Source of the DNA: a virus
Lineage: Duplodnaviria; Caudoviricetes
Length of the DNA: 64,000 nucleotides
Virus record (IMG/VR): IMGVR_UViG_3300037067_007801
Span: 23,604 to 87,603 of that record
Direction: 5' to 3' (one strand)
In this document: in pieces, positions 36,120 to 46,200 of the stretch
Layout of the letters: each line of letters starts with the position of its first letter
How positions within the stretch are numbered: the stretch's first letter is position 1
The notes under the pieces: generated by a model
Seen by the model: the letters and a program-made list of their open reading frames with translations, nothing else
Database searches by the model: none
Told to the model about the DNA's origin: nothing
Translations under genes and position numbers: made by a program

Positions 36120-36343
36120 AGCCCGCTCCTTCTCTCGTTGCCGCAGCCCTCGCCGACGTCGCATCCTGGCCTTCTGACCTGCGAGAAGACTTCGAGGAGC
36201 GATCCGCAATCATGGAACATGACGGCGGTCTGCCACGCGACGAAGCTGAGGTTTCAGCGTGGCGTTTGCTCCGAACTCGACTCGCTCCGCGCTGAACTCC
36301 GAGAATCGCCAAGCCTCTGAACATCTGCTAGAGTGTGGCCGAG

Positions 36344-36787
36344 ATGCCTGTCTTTGTCGCACTTCCGTCAACAGTCGGCCCGATTGGGTCGTCTGTCGCT
36401 GTGACTCTTCCGGTTGGGACGTTCTCCCCAATCACGGCAGACTTCATCGATCCGGCCACTGGTAACTACTCCAGCATGGTATCCGGGATCGATCCCATCG
36501 ATGCGCAGGTCGTCATCGCCATGAACACGGTTCGCGGTTCTGGCGCTTGCGTGACCGAAGATGGTTGCAACCTGGAGAACATCCGCAAGATTCGAGAGAC
36601 CGTACAGCGCGAAATAGAGAGCGAGATACGTGTCGCGTTGAAGCGCCTCATCGACAATGGAGACATCCGGCTCCGCTCGTTCGCATTCGACGTGCAGAAA
36701 GAAAATCAGTACGTCGGCGTGGTCGTGGAGTACAAGAATGTGCGGGCGAGCGGGTGGCGGTCTGTAACGTTGGTGATCACGAACTGA
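36344..36787 (+). CDS. Mu gp46-like baseplate wedge protein
   Basis: ...REIESEIRVALKRLIDNGDI... pattern; precedes baseplate J. Confidence 0.75.
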   Translation: MPVFVALPSTVGPIGSSVAVTLPVGTFSPITADFIDPATGNYSSMVSGIDPIDAQVVIAMNTVRGSGACVTEDGCNLENIRKIRETVQREIESEIRVALKRLIDNGDIRLRSFAFDVQKENQYVGVVVEYKNVRASGWRSVTLVITN

Positions 36788-36798
36788 ACGAGGTAAGC

Positions 36799-38403
36799 AT
36801 GGCGACCTCTGACGAACGCATGTTCCCGATCTTCCGCCGCGGTCAAGTGCGCGACGAGGCACTGTTGCGGGCGTTCCGTAACCATCTCCGCGATCTCATC
36901 GACCCGGATACGGGAGCGTTGTTCACCGAAGACAAGATCAAGACGATCACGCAGCGCGGCTCACGGTTCTACCTGGAAGCCGACGCCATCGACTTCGTTG
37001 GCCTTGCGCTCCAAAAGCGTGCGCGCTGGATGGCGAACCAGACTCGTCCGAAGTGGGCGAACACGGAGTACCTCGAGCAGGTGCATGGGCCGCTATGGAT
37101 CCCTACTGGTCGACTTCCGGCTACCGGAGGAAGTGGACTCGCGACCGCAACCGCGGCTGCCGGCGCCGTGTTTCCAGGGTCGACCGTGCTTGGAGCACCT
37201 GCCGCGGCCGTTGCCGTGTCCGAGGACGGGTCTCAATTCCAGGTGCTCGTCACCGAGACGGTGCCGGTTGGAGCGACGACGGTCGTGCTGACCCTCCAGT
37301 GCATCGACACCGGCATCAACACCAACCCGGAGGCCGGTGCGACGCTGACATGGGATAAGAACTTCCCCGTCTCTGCGGAGTTGACCTTCCCCGTGTTGAG
37401 CGACTTCACTGGTGGGTACGACGAGGAGACCGACGCTGAGTTCGCCGACCGCATCGAAGAGGTGATGAGCCATCGCCCGGCATGTGGCAACGGTGCTCAC
37501 TTCCTCGCGTGGGCGCGTGAGTGTTCGACCGCCATTGAGACGGCCTTTATCTATTCCTGTGCTTGGCACGCCGGTTCGGTGCTCGTGTGCATCACGCAGA
37601 AGCGCGGAGACACTGAGGGACCGAACGCGCGAACGGACGTAGCCCCGGGTACGCTCATCGCTGCTCGGAACTACCTCGTTCCTCCGGCGAGTCCAGTGGT
37701 TGCCGAGCGTGCGCACGTTGTTGTGGTAGCTCCGAACGAGCAGCCGGCCGACCTCGCGTTGCAGGTCAGTCTCGGATACGGAACCGTCGGCGGCTGGAGC
37801 GATGTTGATCCGTGGCCGACCTACACCGTCGGATACCCGGCCGGAGTGATCGTCACGAGTATCATCAGTGCAACAAAATTCACGGTCGCTACAAATTCAC
37901 CTCTTCCTGGGGTTGGCGCTGGGGTGTTGACCGGAGCCGACGCGCCGCAACTCATGATCTGGGATGAGGCTCACAGCGCGTTCATCGAACTCGATGTGAA
38001 GTCCGTTGACACGACTGTTGCACTGGTTGCGACCATCGAACTGAACACCGCGCCGACTGGATACACCACGGCGACTGGCGATCTCATCTCTCCGCACACG
38101 GATAGGCTCGACATCCTGGCTGGTTCGCTGACAGCCTACTTCGATGGGCTCGGGCCTGGTGAAGTGGTCGACCTGGACGTGGACCCGCGTGGCGGCCGTG
38201 CATACCGCTATCCGACACCGGCACAGCAGTATCCGATGCGTGCTGGCGAGGCTGTCATCACGCGCGTGCTCGAGGCACTCGGTGGCGTGGCCCCTGATGC
38301 CTCGTTGCCGTACATCTCAATCAATGAACCGACTCTGCCAGGTGACGTGGTGGATGGTCCGAACATCGTGACGCTCGGTGAAGTGGGCGTCTATCCGCTG
38401 TAG
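36799..38403 (+). CDS. baseplate J-like protein (Mu gp47)
   Basis: FTGGYDEETDAEFADRI...GNGAHFLAWA...AGSVLV. Confidence 0.9.
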   Translation: MATSDERMFPIFRRGQVRDEALLRAFRNHLRDLIDPDTGALFTEDKIKTITQRGSRFYLEADAIDFVGLALQKRARWMANQTRPKWANTEYLEQVHGPLWIPTGRLPATGGSGLATATAAAGAVFPGSTVLGAPAAAVAVSEDGSQFQVLVTETVPVGATTVVLTLQCIDTGINTNPEAGATLTWDKNFPVSAELTFPVLSDFTGGYDEETDAEFADRIEEVMSHRPACGNGAHFLAWARECSTAIETAFIYSCAWHAGSVLVCITQKRGDTEGPNARTDVAPGTLIAARNYLVPPASPVVAERAHVVVVAPNEQPADLALQVSLGYGTVGGWSDVDPWPTYTVGYPAGVIVTSIISATKFTVATNSPLPGVGAGVLTGADAPQLMIWDEAHSAFIELDVKSVDTTVALVATIELNTAPTGYTTATGDLISPHTDRLDILAGSLTAYFDGLGPGEVVDLDVDPRGGRAYRYPTPAQQYPMRAGEAVITRVLEALGGVAPDASLPYISINEPTLPGDVVDGPNIVTLGEVGVYPL

Positions 38404-38412
38404 GAGGTTCCG

Positions 38413-39123
38413 ATGGCAGGCTTCCCGACACGAGCGAACCGCGTTGCTTTCGGGCCGACGCGACAGGACTACAAACCCGTCACCGACCCGGTGCGACAGA
38501 ACTCGGCCGCTGACTTCAACCTCGCGTACTGGCAACTCGCTGGCATCGGTCGAGTCGCTCCGCGTGCAGTGCTTCGTTGCACAGTAGCCGGTGGCGTCGT
38601 CACGACGGCTGAGCAACTCATCGCGTGGGACTCCAACGGCGCGTTGGGCCCGTTGACCTGGACCTATCGCGGTGTCGGCTTCTACGAGTTCGCGTTCGCT
38701 TCGCAGTATCCGAACGAACTCGGAAGCAACACCAGCCTCGTGCTGATGTCTGGTCTCGCGTCGCTGAATCCGATCAAGTCGACGACGAGGACCGGAGCCC
38801 ATGACGGTGCGAACAACCAGCCGCAGTTGGACGACAGCACGAAGGCGTGGGTCGTCAATAGCTTGGTTGGCCTCATGGTGATGAACATCACCGACGGGTC
38901 GCACGGGATCATCACTGCGAACACCGCGGTGCAGTGCTCCGTTGGCGCTGGCATGAGCGGTGGCGTCGACAACGATTTCGATACCGGCGACCTGTACATC
39001 ATATCGGACGTGCCGCGGTTGTTCCGAGTTCAGTTGACCTCGGACATCGCCGGCTACGTCATCTGTTCGGATGAGACTGGTGGCAAAGCGGACCCGGAAG
39101 GGTTCCTGTTGGAGCTCTGGTAG
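38413..39123 (+). CDS. hypothetical baseplate/tail protein
   Basis: ORF 236 aa, GGAGG RBS; shares GANNQP..NxTDGS.G.ITANT module with 41606 ORF. Confidence 0.75.
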   Translation: MAGFPTRANRVAFGPTRQDYKPVTDPVRQNSAADFNLAYWQLAGIGRVAPRAVLRCTVAGGVVTTAEQLIAWDSNGALGPLTWTYRGVGFYEFAFASQYPNELGSNTSLVLMSGLASLNPIKSTTRTGAHDGANNQPQLDDSTKAWVVNSLVGLMVMNITDGSHGIITANTAVQCSVGAGMSGGVDNDFDTGDLYIISDVPRLFRVQLTSDIAGYVICSDETGGKADPEGFLLELW

Positions 39124-39127
39124 AACG

Positions 39128-39853
39128 ATGATCGGTGGCAGCAATCCCATACCGGAAGACATCGGCGGTGGCCGATCGCTTCCTGAACGCATCTACTGGG
39201 CGCTGCGGTCCTCAGTCGGCGAGCACAACTACGCTCGCGAGGACGTGCCAGGAACTACGGTAGAGGGCGCGTGGCGTTGGTGCCGTGCCATCGCTCTGTC
39301 GGCCATGCAGGGAGACGAGAGGGCCACGACGGACACGTTCTTCTCTCGATGCACCGACACGCTGCCAGTGTTCGAGAACCTTCTCGGTATCACGGCCCTT
39401 GCCGCGGCGAGCGACGAGGAGCGGCGACAGGCGATCATCGATCTGGTCGTGCGTGGTGCCACGGCGATTCACGAGACGCTCGAAGACGAATTGCAGAGCA
39501 TCGATCCTCTGTTCACGATCGTCTACGCGCCGCGCGATTGTGCCGACATCACAGAGAATGGGCGGGCCTTCGAGGATTACCTTCCTGCTGACCCTGCTCA
39601 TTGTGGACCTGCATTCGGTGGTGGTCGCTCGTCTACGGGTTGGCCGAACTACTCGTCGGACTACATCTGCCTCGTTCAGTACGGCGTGGCCATCGGCGCG
39701 ATCTCGGCAGAGCAGAAGAGACGGATCGAAGATGTGAAGGCTGTGCTGAACCGCGCGCTTCCGAGTTGGGTTGACTACATGATCGTCGCCGACCCGACTG
39801 GTGGATTTATCCTGGATCTCAGCATCCTGGACCTAGGGAGTTTTGGACCATGA
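39128..39853 (+). CDS. Mu gp48/YmfQ-like baseplate protein
   Basis: LPVFENLLGI...EERRQAI...LNRALPSWVDY pattern. Confidence 0.75.
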   Translation: MIGGSNPIPEDIGGGRSLPERIYWALRSSVGEHNYAREDVPGTTVEGAWRWCRAIALSAMQGDERATTDTFFSRCTDTLPVFENLLGITALAAASDEERRQAIIDLVVRGATAIHETLEDELQSIDPLFTIVYAPRDCADITENGRAFEDYLPADPAHCGPAFGGGRSSTGWPNYSSDYICLVQYGVAIGAISAEQKRRIEDVKAVLNRALPSWVDYMIVADPTGGFILDLSILDLGSFGP

Positions 39854-40200
39854 CAATCAACTATGCGACAAGCACGGTGGCGATGTCCATCTACAACTGG
39901 ATCGCCGTCAACGGTCGGCTGGTTCATGCCGCGGACTGTTATCTCGAACTGGCTCGCGGTCAACTTCCAGGACTGGAGCGGGAATCATTCGACAAGGCTC
40001 TCGATGAACTCGTACATCGCAAACTTCTAGTTGGCGACATCCTCGACGTGATTGATGAACGCCGCCTGATCTTCATCGCTCGCGATCGGTCAGATGCCGA
40101 AGTCGACGAGGAGACCGGCGAGATCACAGGCGGATGGAACGGGTGGGTTCCCTATGACAGAATATTGGGAGCCTGCGTGCTCCGGGAGGCGCGGCCATGA
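39850..40200 (+). CDS. hypothetical protein
   Basis: ORF 116 aa, ATGA overlaps at both ends. Confidence 0.65.
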   Translation: MTINYATSTVAMSIYNWIAVNGRLVHAADCYLELARGQLPGLERESFDKALDELVHRKLLVGDILDVIDERRLIFIARDRSDAEVDEETGEITGGWNGWVPYDRILGACVLREARP

Positions 40201-41609
40201 CTTTCGTGCGATCAAATATTTTGGGTTGGGCTATGTTCGAGGTCTTGACGAGTTTGCAGCAAAACGCGCTTGATTTGGACCACAGCAGGGCCTTGGATGC
40301 GTACGCAGGCGGCACGTACAACCCCAGTGCGTTCATCCAAATCAATCAAGAGTTCGTGATCGATACCACGACCGTGGTTGCTGCGAATGCCACCGGCCTC
40401 ACTGTCACCGGCAAGGGCGTCGGGATTGGTATCCAGGCCACTGGTGGAGTGACGGGTGGCACTGGTGTCGTCGGCTTCGGTGGAACAGATGGTCGTGGTG
40501 GCATCTTCTACGGCAACACAACGAAAGAGGGAGTCCGTGGAATCGGTGGCGCCACCGCTGGAACCGGAGTGTCCGGCAAGGGTGGGGCGACGGATGGAAC
40601 CGGGGTCACTGGTGAGGGTGGCGCGGTCAACGGCATCGGTGTCAGCGGTCTAGGTTTAGGGACAGGGTACGGCGTCTTCGGTACAGGCGGAGCGGCCAAT
40701 GGCATCGGAGTTGGTGGGCAAGGCACCGGCAGTGGCGATGGAGTGTACGGAGTCGGTGGGGCTACCAACGGGGCTGGCGTCGTCGGTCTCGGCATCGGAA
40801 CTGGCGCTGGAATTCAAGGCGTCGGTGGAGCGACCAACGGACCCGGACTCAAGGGATATGGAACTGCCGTTGGTGTCGGTGTCTATGGCGTTGGTGGTGA
40901 CACCGGAGCTGGCGTCTACGGCGTCGGTGGTGCAACAAGCGGAGTCGGTGGATCGTTCCTTGGCAAGGGCGCGAGCAACGGCGTTTCCTCAACGGCCGGA
41001 ACCACTGGAGGCATCGGCGTTGAAGGAACTGGAAGTACCACGAGCGGCAACGGCACTGGCGTCAAGGGCACCGGCGGTCTGGACGATGGCGATGGCGTTC
41101 AAGGCGTCGGGACCGGGGCTGGTCTCGGTGGAGCTTTCGCTGGTGGTAATGGAACACCAGTCGTCGACTACGATTGTTCGGGCGTGCAAGCCTTCGGTGG
41201 CACGCATGCTCCCGCGATGGGTGGTGTTGGTGATTGCAGCGGCGTAGTCGGAATCGGTGGATCTTCCGGTGGCTCACGCATTCAGTGTGCTGGCATCTAC
41301 GGGAAAGGTGGAGCCGCTGGTGGATGCGGGGTGATCGGGGTATGCGTCACCGGAGCAAATCATCATGGTGTTTATGGTGTGGCTGGAGCCGGTGCTGCGA
41401 GTAGTGGCGTTTGTGGAAATGGAGATGACACAGGGTACGGTGTGTTTGCGTTTGGTGGTGGAGCCAACGGAGCTGCATTCCATTTGGATCCGCAGGCGGC
41501 AGATCCTGGAGGTCCTGTAATTTCCGATGGTGACATGTGGATCACAGGTGTCGGTGTGAATATGCATCTCTACGTTCGTCTGAATAGCGTTACGGTGTTG
41601 GTGGCATGA
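40197..41609 (+). CDS. Gly-rich tail fibre-like protein
   Basis: ~13-aa G.GV.G.GG repeats over ~350 aa. Confidence 0.75.
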   Translation: MTFVRSNILGWAMFEVLTSLQQNALDLDHSRALDAYAGGTYNPSAFIQINQEFVIDTTTVVAANATGLTVTGKGVGIGIQATGGVTGGTGVVGFGGTDGRGGIFYGNTTKEGVRGIGGATAGTGVSGKGGATDGTGVTGEGGAVNGIGVSGLGLGTGYGVFGTGGAANGIGVGGQGTGSGDGVYGVGGATNGAGVVGLGIGTGAGIQGVGGATNGPGLKGYGTAVGVGVYGVGGDTGAGVYGVGGATSGVGGSFLGKGASNGVSSTAGTTGGIGVEGTGSTTSGNGTGVKGTGGLDDGDGVQGVGTGAGLGGAFAGGNGTPVVDYDCSGVQAFGGTHAPAMGGVGDCSGVVGIGGSSGGSRIQCAGIYGKGGAAGGCGVIGVCVTGANHHGVYGVAGAGAASSGVCGNGDDTGYGVFAFGGGANGAAFHLDPQAADPGGPVISDGDMWITGVGVNMHLYVRLNSVTVLVA

Positions 41610-42886
41610 CCAGTTTCGTCGCCAAGATTCGCCGAACCTACGCCGACATGGACGGCCTGATGCTGGACTGTCGTCAAGACGGTCTTGCGACGGACGGTTC
41701 GCTGTGGACGAACGTCGCGCCGACGAGGACTCCGCTTCTCGGCACGCACACTGGCGCGAACAACCAGCCGATACTCACGGACGCGAACGCTTGTTTTGAA
41801 ACTGACGTGCTCGTCGGTCGAAACATCTACAACTTGACCGACGGCAGCCAGGGAGTCATAACTGCGAACACGGCGACCACGGTAACGGCAACTCTTGCTG
41901 GTGGCGCTGACAACAACTGGGACACCAACGACTCGTATCGCGTCTCGACTCCGCGATTCGGAAATCCGTATCAGGATGTCGCAGCGCAACGACCGACCGT
42001 GACAAAGCCTGGGTCGTACTACCAAGCGTTGTTCTCGCGGGCGAGTTCGGACAACTTCAAGATCCCGCTCGTCGATTCCGTTGCGGCGACTTGGTGGACT
42101 GTCGCCTACGAGTACCTGACCGTGGCAGTATCGGCGGCGAACAACCATCCGATCGTCGTCTTCCCGAACCTGTCCGTATGGCGGCAGAACGCCGCTGGGA
42201 ACTACAAGTACAAGCACGGGGCAGTGGACGTGGCCGGCGCTGGTGACATGGCGGCTGGCACGTGGCTGCTTCACAGCCCGGATGTCGTCGGCGGAAGTCT
42301 GTTGCGGAACGGTGTCGCTGCTCTCGCTGGGACGTTCTCGACTCAGGCGATCGCGGCTGCTGACCCGGCTGGCTACATCGGAACGGACGGCGCTGGGAAC
42401 TACTGCGACATCATCCTTCGGTCGATGCAGATTTGGAATCGAGCCGCGTCTCCGCTCGAGGTGGACTTCGCCTACCAGTCGTTGAGTTGCGAGTTCGACT
42501 ACAACACGCACGTGCGGACGACTCAGGCCATCGGAACATGGACGGACGAGACCGGGGCAACTCCGCAGGAAGCGTCGCGGATCAACTACAGCGTGTACGC
42601 TCCGCAGCAGTTCCATCTCGGCAATTTCCCGAGTGGTGGCATGGCGCGCGTCCAGATCGCGGCGGCTGTCGATGGGCTTGTCCTCCCTGACACCATGCTC
42701 GGCGGCCTGTTGTTTGACATGCACTGCGAGGAGTACCCGAGTGCTGGTCACCCTGCGGTCTACCAGAACGCGGGCTGGTCTGGCGTGTGGGACGTGTTGA
42801 TCAACACCATCGGGCACTACACGTTCATCGTGCATCGGGCCGGTTCCGGAAGTCAGGTTCTCCACCTGGACATGGAAGAGGTGTGA
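41606..42886 (+). CDS. virion protein with LamG/concanavalin-like domain
   Basis: GGSLLRNGV...YIGTDGAGNYCDIILRSMQIWNRA.S..EV pattern. Confidence 0.65.
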   Translation: MTSFVAKIRRTYADMDGLMLDCRQDGLATDGSLWTNVAPTRTPLLGTHTGANNQPILTDANACFETDVLVGRNIYNLTDGSQGVITANTATTVTATLAGGADNNWDTNDSYRVSTPRFGNPYQDVAAQRPTVTKPGSYYQALFSRASSDNFKIPLVDSVAATWWTVAYEYLTVAVSAANNHPIVVFPNLSVWRQNAAGNYKYKHGAVDVAGAGDMAAGTWLLHSPDVVGGSLLRNGVAALAGTFSTQAIAAADPAGYIGTDGAGNYCDIILRSMQIWNRAASPLEVDFAYQSLSCEFDYNTHVRTTQAIGTWTDETGATPQEASRINYSVYAPQQFHLGNFPSGGMARVQIAAAVDGLVLPDTMLGGLLFDMHCEEYPSAGHPAVYQNAGWSGVWDVLINTIGHYTFIVHRAGSGSQVLHLDMEEV

Positions 42887-42887
42887 C

Positions 42888-43265
42888 GTGCCAGCAACAG
42901 TTGACATGCTCGCCCCGACCTACGTCAGCGAGACTCGAATCGACTTGGCGTTGCTTCCAGACCAGGAGCCGCTACGGCCGAACGTGCCGATCACTGTCAG
43001 CGTGAGCTACGCGCGCACGGCTCCGAATGGAATCGCGCTCCCACTGGTGTTTGTCGTTCAGCCGTCCGGTGCTGGTGGGGCTGCTGGCGGATACAAGGAA
43101 GTGTACTACCGAGTGGTCGCACCGGATGCGCTCACGTTCACCGTTCCCGGTCCCGGAGAGTATCTGGTCAGTCTGACCGAAGTGTTTCACAATCGTTGGC
43201 AGGGCCGCCTGGTGGTCAACGTCACCGGAGACGGGTACGGCGCCACCATCATACGAAGCAGGTAA
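42888..43265 (+). CDS. hypothetical Ig-like tail protein
   Basis: ORF 125 aa; FTVPGPGEYLVSL (PKD/Ig-like). Confidence 0.6.
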   Translation: MPATVDMLAPTYVSETRIDLALLPDQEPLRPNVPITVSVSYARTAPNGIALPLVFVVQPSGAGGAAGGYKEVYYRVVAPDALTFTVPGPGEYLVSLTEVFHNRWQGRLVVNVTGDGYGATIIRSR

Positions 43266-43268
43266 AAG

Positions 43269-46200
43269 ATGAGCACCGTCAATCAGGCACGCTTCACCAT
43301 CGATGCGACGCCGTCTGAGGATCCTGTCACTGGCGATCCAGGATACATCGCTGCGTTCAACCAGACGCTCGACTTCACGCTCGAGACCAGCCCGAGTTCC
43401 GCGCTGTCGGTGACGTACTCTGTCTTCGATGCGGCCGACACGAGCTCGCCGTTGTCCAGTTACGGCGCGACTGCCCTGACGTTCGTTGGTTCTGGAACTG
43501 CATCCGAGACGCTCGTCAACCCGAACGGCACTGCACAGATCATCATGCCCGCGTTCGGCGTGGCGTCGTACATCGTTCGTTGCTCCGTCTGCATGTCCGA
43601 TGCAACACATATCTACGAGCGCCTCGTCGTGCTGGAGGCAGGCACCACACCTGCACTCAGGAAGACTGTTCCGGCTGAGACCGACCAATACTACAAGCGC
43701 GGGTGGAGCGATGAGCAGAATAAGATGGTCGAGGCCATCCTCGGTGCAACCGGCTTGTACTGGGGTTCGGCTGGGACGTACCAGAACACGTGGGTGACCG
43801 ACATCGGTGGTGGCAGCATCGCCGTCCTGGGAGGTACTGGATACCTTAGAACGACCCCATCTGTTGTTGGCGTCATCACGGCTGTCACGTGGGCCGCGGT
43901 CGCAGGCGTGGCGATTCCGGCGAACACGACTCGGTACGTTGGCGTCGAGTACAACGGTGGAGCTCCGCAGGTGATCGTCCGTGTCGCAAACACGTTCAAC
44001 GGGTTCGACGACTTCCTGCTGGCCACGGTCTACAACGAGGCCGGGACGGTTCACATCCTCGAGCACGAGCAAGCCACGATGGACGGAGTGCATGGAAGTT
44101 ACGCTCGGTTCTTCGGCAACTTCCCGCTGTCGCGCGCTGAGAGAACAGGTGGCTTGATCGTCGGCGACACTGGCGTGCGCAACCTCACGATGTCCGCTGG
44201 CGTCCTGTACGACGGCCTGAGTTCGTTGACCATCGCTGCGTTCGATTCCAGTGGCGCGAGTCTGTTCGACTACTATTTTAGAGACGGCGCTGGCGGATGG
44301 ACGAAAGAGGCGGCGAAATCTCAGTACACCAGTTCGCGCTACGACGATGGTACCGGAGTGTTGAATGCCCTGACGGCTGCACACTACGGAATCACGTGGT
44401 GGTATCTCGAGAGCGATAGTCACGTCGTCGGGTTGTACGGATGGGGCAACTATGCGACCTTGGCAGAGGCAGAGGACGCGACACCTCCGTCGTCGGTGCC
44501 AGAACGGATCACTGCGCATGGGCTTCTGATTGGACGGACGATCGTGTTGCGTGGTGCTGCATCCGCCACAGAGGTTGAATCCGTTTTCTCGGTAGAGTTC
44601 GGTCTGACCGCCGTCACCAGCCACAACTCGCTGGCAGGGCTTCAAGGTGGAGTGGCCGGAGAATACTACCATCTAACTTCGGCGCAGCACACCGACCTGA
44701 CGGATGGACTGACGTGCACCTCGCACGTGCACACACTCGACCAGACATATCGTGCCGCTGTCGCGACTGTGACTGCCGACGTTCACGACGTGACGTGGAA
44801 TCTCACCGGGGCGTACTCGTTCGTTCTCGGGCTCGCTGGATGTACCGGGGCGGCAGATGGTTTTCAAATCACAAACGGAACGGACTTCCTCTCTGTCCTG
44901 CGCGCTGATGTCGATAACATGGCTTGGACGTCCGAGTTTGAGACATTCGATCTGAATGTTGAACGTGACATACACATAGACTCCTTGATGTCGGTTGGTA
45001 TTACTACTGGTGCGACCGGGTTCACGGTCAACACCACGCAACTGGTTATGGACCAGACCACGGGCTATCTCGGGCTCGGTGTTGCTGTTCCGTCTGGCAT
45101 GATCGCGATGAACGGTGAGGCGAATCGGCAGATGGGAATGGAGCGGCGCACTGCCGCTGACACCGCTGGAAAGAATCTCGCCTTTGCTGCCGGTGGGGCG
45201 ACGATTGGAGCGACAGACAAAAACGGTGGGGACCTGAATCTCGCTAGTGGCATTTCCACTGGTACAGGTTCGAGTGGTTTCAATCTCTACTGCTATCCGG
45301 CTGGTGCCGCGGGCATCGTTGACAATACACCGATTGCCATGATTCAAGGCACCGCCGCGCTCCTAACGCTCGGAGATACGACTGGGGCGACTGCTACAAC
45401 GGTGCGTGCCGGAACTGGAGCGCTCTTGCTCTCCGGTGCGGGCTTCATCAACTTCGTCGATGCGTACAAGGCGGCTGGTGGTTACGCTGGAGATTTCCAT
45501 CTTTCGCTGAATGCTGGTGAATGGACGTCATTCGAGACGAATTTCGGTGAGGTTAGTCTTCTCAACGCGATCAACCAATGCGCGGCGTTGGCTGTCGTCA
45601 CATTGGACGAAGCATACGATGCCGGTGGCGCTGGCGTCGGTCGAGCGATCACGGCAGACAGCGGCGCGGTTGACATCAGCGTTCCCGTACTGGTCAACGG
45701 TACGGCCCTGGCATTGCACCAACTCATGCCAGCCGCGACAGCGGACGTTTTCACCATCGAGAACCTTGGAACGAGCGGCGCAAGCATCGCGTTGACCGGA
45801 ACTCGACGGTTCATCGAGACAGACTCAGCGGACGCCACATTCGCACTGGTTGCCGCAGACGCGAACAACTACTACCTGCACCTCTCTGCGTCGAATGGAG
45901 GAGCAGGAACGGCTGGAATAGGCATCGGAGCGGATGACAACATTGACATTATTTCGTCTGCCGGTTGCCTGACCCTACATGGATACAGTTCTGCTGGTGT
46001 CGGCGTTGAAATTGAGGCGACTGCCGGTGGTGGGACCGTCAACATCTGCGCCGTGAACCTGCCGAACGCACTCAACATCGGAACGGCTGGAGCGCGCGAC
46101 ATCGACATCGGTTCATCTGCCGCGACGAGTATCACTGCCGAGGCAAAAGATGTCAGCCTCGGTGTCGTTGACAATGATGCTGCGGCACACACTTTTGCTA

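Noticed and set aside
40197-41609. Collagen-like fibre
   Set aside because: The Gly spacing is G-x-G-V-x-G-x-GG rather than strict Gly-X-Y triplets.
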